Shown here piece after piece: positions 25,346 through 26,627 of a stretch of 26,627 bases of DNA. Made by a program: the position numbers and the translations under genes. Source of the stretch: a virus (Duplodnaviria > Caudoviricetes); IMG/VR virus record IMGVR_UViG_3300046779_001691, positions 1-26,627 of that record; one strand, written 5' to 3'. Position 1 is the stretch's first letter. The number at the start of each line of letters is the position of its first letter. The notes below the pieces were generated by a model. The model had not been told where the DNA came from, ran no database searches, and saw nothing but the letters and a program-made list of their open reading frames with translations.

Positions 25346-25918
25346 ATGAAAACTTTTAGAGATTATCTTACAGAAAGCACAAAAATCTACAGCTTCAAGG
25401 TAAAGGTAGCCGGCGATGTTCCTGAGAATTTTGAAGAAAATCTCAAGAAGAGCCTAGATAACCATAAGGTTGTTTCTTTAAACAAGATGACAGCCGTCCA
25501 AGAAACTGCTATTGATTTTCCGGAGAACGCTAGCCGTGAAATTACAGTATTTGATCTAGTGCTTGAATACCCAATTACTGCCCCAGAAATTTCTGCTTAC
25601 ATTAAAGAGCAAGGAATGGCAGAAGAATGTTTCCGTGTTCGCGGTAGCAGCGAACCATCTGAGCTTGATCAGCTAGCAGTGGATAAGAAAACTGGAAAAG
25701 CAATTCTAGTTGATCCTTCTTACAGCGAAGCAATCAAACTTAAACCTAAAGACTATTTCGGCGACGACTTTAACCGTGAGTTCTTAAAAACTCTAGCTAA
25801 AGAAGCAAAAGCTCGTAGAAAAGAATTAGGACAAGACAAGGGAGATCCTGATGTGTTAGATTCAGCTCCTACAATTAAACAAGATAAAGCTGGCGCTAAA
25901 AGTGCCATAGGGAGTTAA
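25346..25918 (+). CDS. Hypothetical head-associated protein
   Basis: MKTFRDYLTES N-terminus resembles T4-like prohead/internal proteins ending in an L-x-E site; TAAATA 5 nt upstream. Confidence 0.6.
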   Translation: MKTFRDYLTESTKIYSFKVKVAGDVPENFEENLKKSLDNHKVVSLNKMTAVQETAIDFPENASREITVFDLVLEYPITAPEISAYIKEQGMAEECFRVRGSSEPSELDQLAVDKKTGKAILVDPSYSEAIKLKPKDYFGDDFNREFLKTLAKEAKARRKELGQDKGDPDVLDSAPTIKQDKAGAKSAIGS

Positions 25919-25921
25919 ACA

Positions 25922-26627
25922 ATGGATTTCCATCAACTAGTAGCAAGAATGCAGGAACTGGATCGTCCGGTTGCTGAAGTACAAACACAAGAGTGCGGCG
26001 AGCCAATGGGAATGCCTCCTCCGATGAGCCCTCCTCCGATGAGCTCACAACCTCCTGTACCTCCTCCTAGCCTAAGCGTTAACCTTAGCGCACATGGAAT
26101 GAGTGACATTGAGCACATCATGAGATTATGTGGAAAGTTAAATCCAGAAACTATTCCGCAACAACCTCCAATGCCAACGATGTCTCCTATGGCTAGCATC
26201 ACTAGCATTAAGCCATCTTTACCTCCATTGAAGATGTTGCCTGACTTTGATGCAGATAATGATGACATGCCAGGCGGCGAAATGGACAAAGACGATGGGA
26301 TTACAGTTCCGTTATCTCTAAAAGGCGGTGACGACTCTGACGACGGAGACGACAAAGACATGTTGCCTGAGCCAATCGATCGTGACGGCGAAGAAGATGG
26401 CGAGTTAGACAACGATAAAGAAAAAGAAGAACTTGGTGGAGCATTAGCTGGCGGTGCAATTGGCGCATTAGCCGGTGGTCCTCTAGGCGCATTAACGGGC
26501 GCAGCAGCAGGCGATTCATTAACTGATCCCGATGCAGACGAAGTTGATCAAGAAGAAGATCAAGAAGAAGCATATGCTAACGAACCAGACGAGCAAGAAG
26601 CTAGTATTGATTACATGAACAACAAAC
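25922..26627 (+). CDS. Pro/Met-rich, acidic, low-complexity protein with glycine zipper, partial, runs off the right edge
   Basis: Manual translation: SD GGGAG 25910-25914, MDFHQLVARMQELDRPVAE...; 235 codons with no stop to the window end. Missing from the ORF track. Confidence 0.8.
   Translation, partial: MDFHQLVARMQELDRPVAEVQTQECGEPMGMPPPMSPPPMSSQPPVPPPSLSVNLSAHGMSDIEHIMRLCGKLNPETIPQQPPMPTMSPMASITSIKPSLPPLKMLPDFDADNDDMPGGEMDKDDGITVPLSLKGGDDSDDGDDKDMLPEPIDRDGEEDGELDNDKEKEELGGALAGGAIGALAGGPLGALTGAAAGDSLTDPDADEVDQEEDQEEAYANEPDEQEASIDYMNNK
26015..26044 (+). repeat. Perfect 15-bp tandem duplication (CCTCCTCCGATGAGC x2)
   Basis: Encodes PPPMS twice; a second perfect 12-bp duplication GATCAAGAAGAA x2 lies at 26546-26569. 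Confidence 0.85.

Noticed and set aside
25933-26573. Minus-strand ORFs 25933-26412 and 26301-26573
   Set aside because: Antisense to the open plus-strand frame from 25922, which has an SD and continues the operon.
1-26627. Stop-codon reassignment, tRNAs, CRISPR arrays, introns or inteins
   Set aside because: Genes are full length and densely packed under the standard code; intergenic gaps are short (about 115 nt at most) and show no cloverleaf or repeat-spacer pattern; no intein or intron signatures noticed by eye.

Overview
Fragment of a large T4-superfamily (contractile-tailed, probably jumbo) phage genome, AT-rich, standard genetic code. The left part (1-5254) is an accessory enzyme island: a flavin-dependent halogenase (partial, absent from the ORF track), an SGNH-like protein, a 2OG-Fe(II) oxygenase, a small CCHC protein, a cupin and a split ADP-heptose pathway (HldC, HldA, HldD). 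Three modular fibre/virion proteins follow (5297-13333); one ends in a type-1 copper (cupredoxin) motif and one carries three phycobiliprotein-like KCxRD repeats. The right part is the morphogenesis core in non-T4 order: gp15/gp14-like on the minus strand divergent from gp13-like, a dNMP kinase with its own sigma70 promoter, a degenerate HNH protein, enlarged tail sheath, tail tube, tube-like baseplate protein, gp4 head completion, probable small terminase and head-associated proteins. Many late genes have TAAATA 5-7 nt before the ATG. At two, possibly three, loci a promoter sits inside an RNA hairpin that covers the translation start. All calls are from motif recognition by eye; no searches were run.
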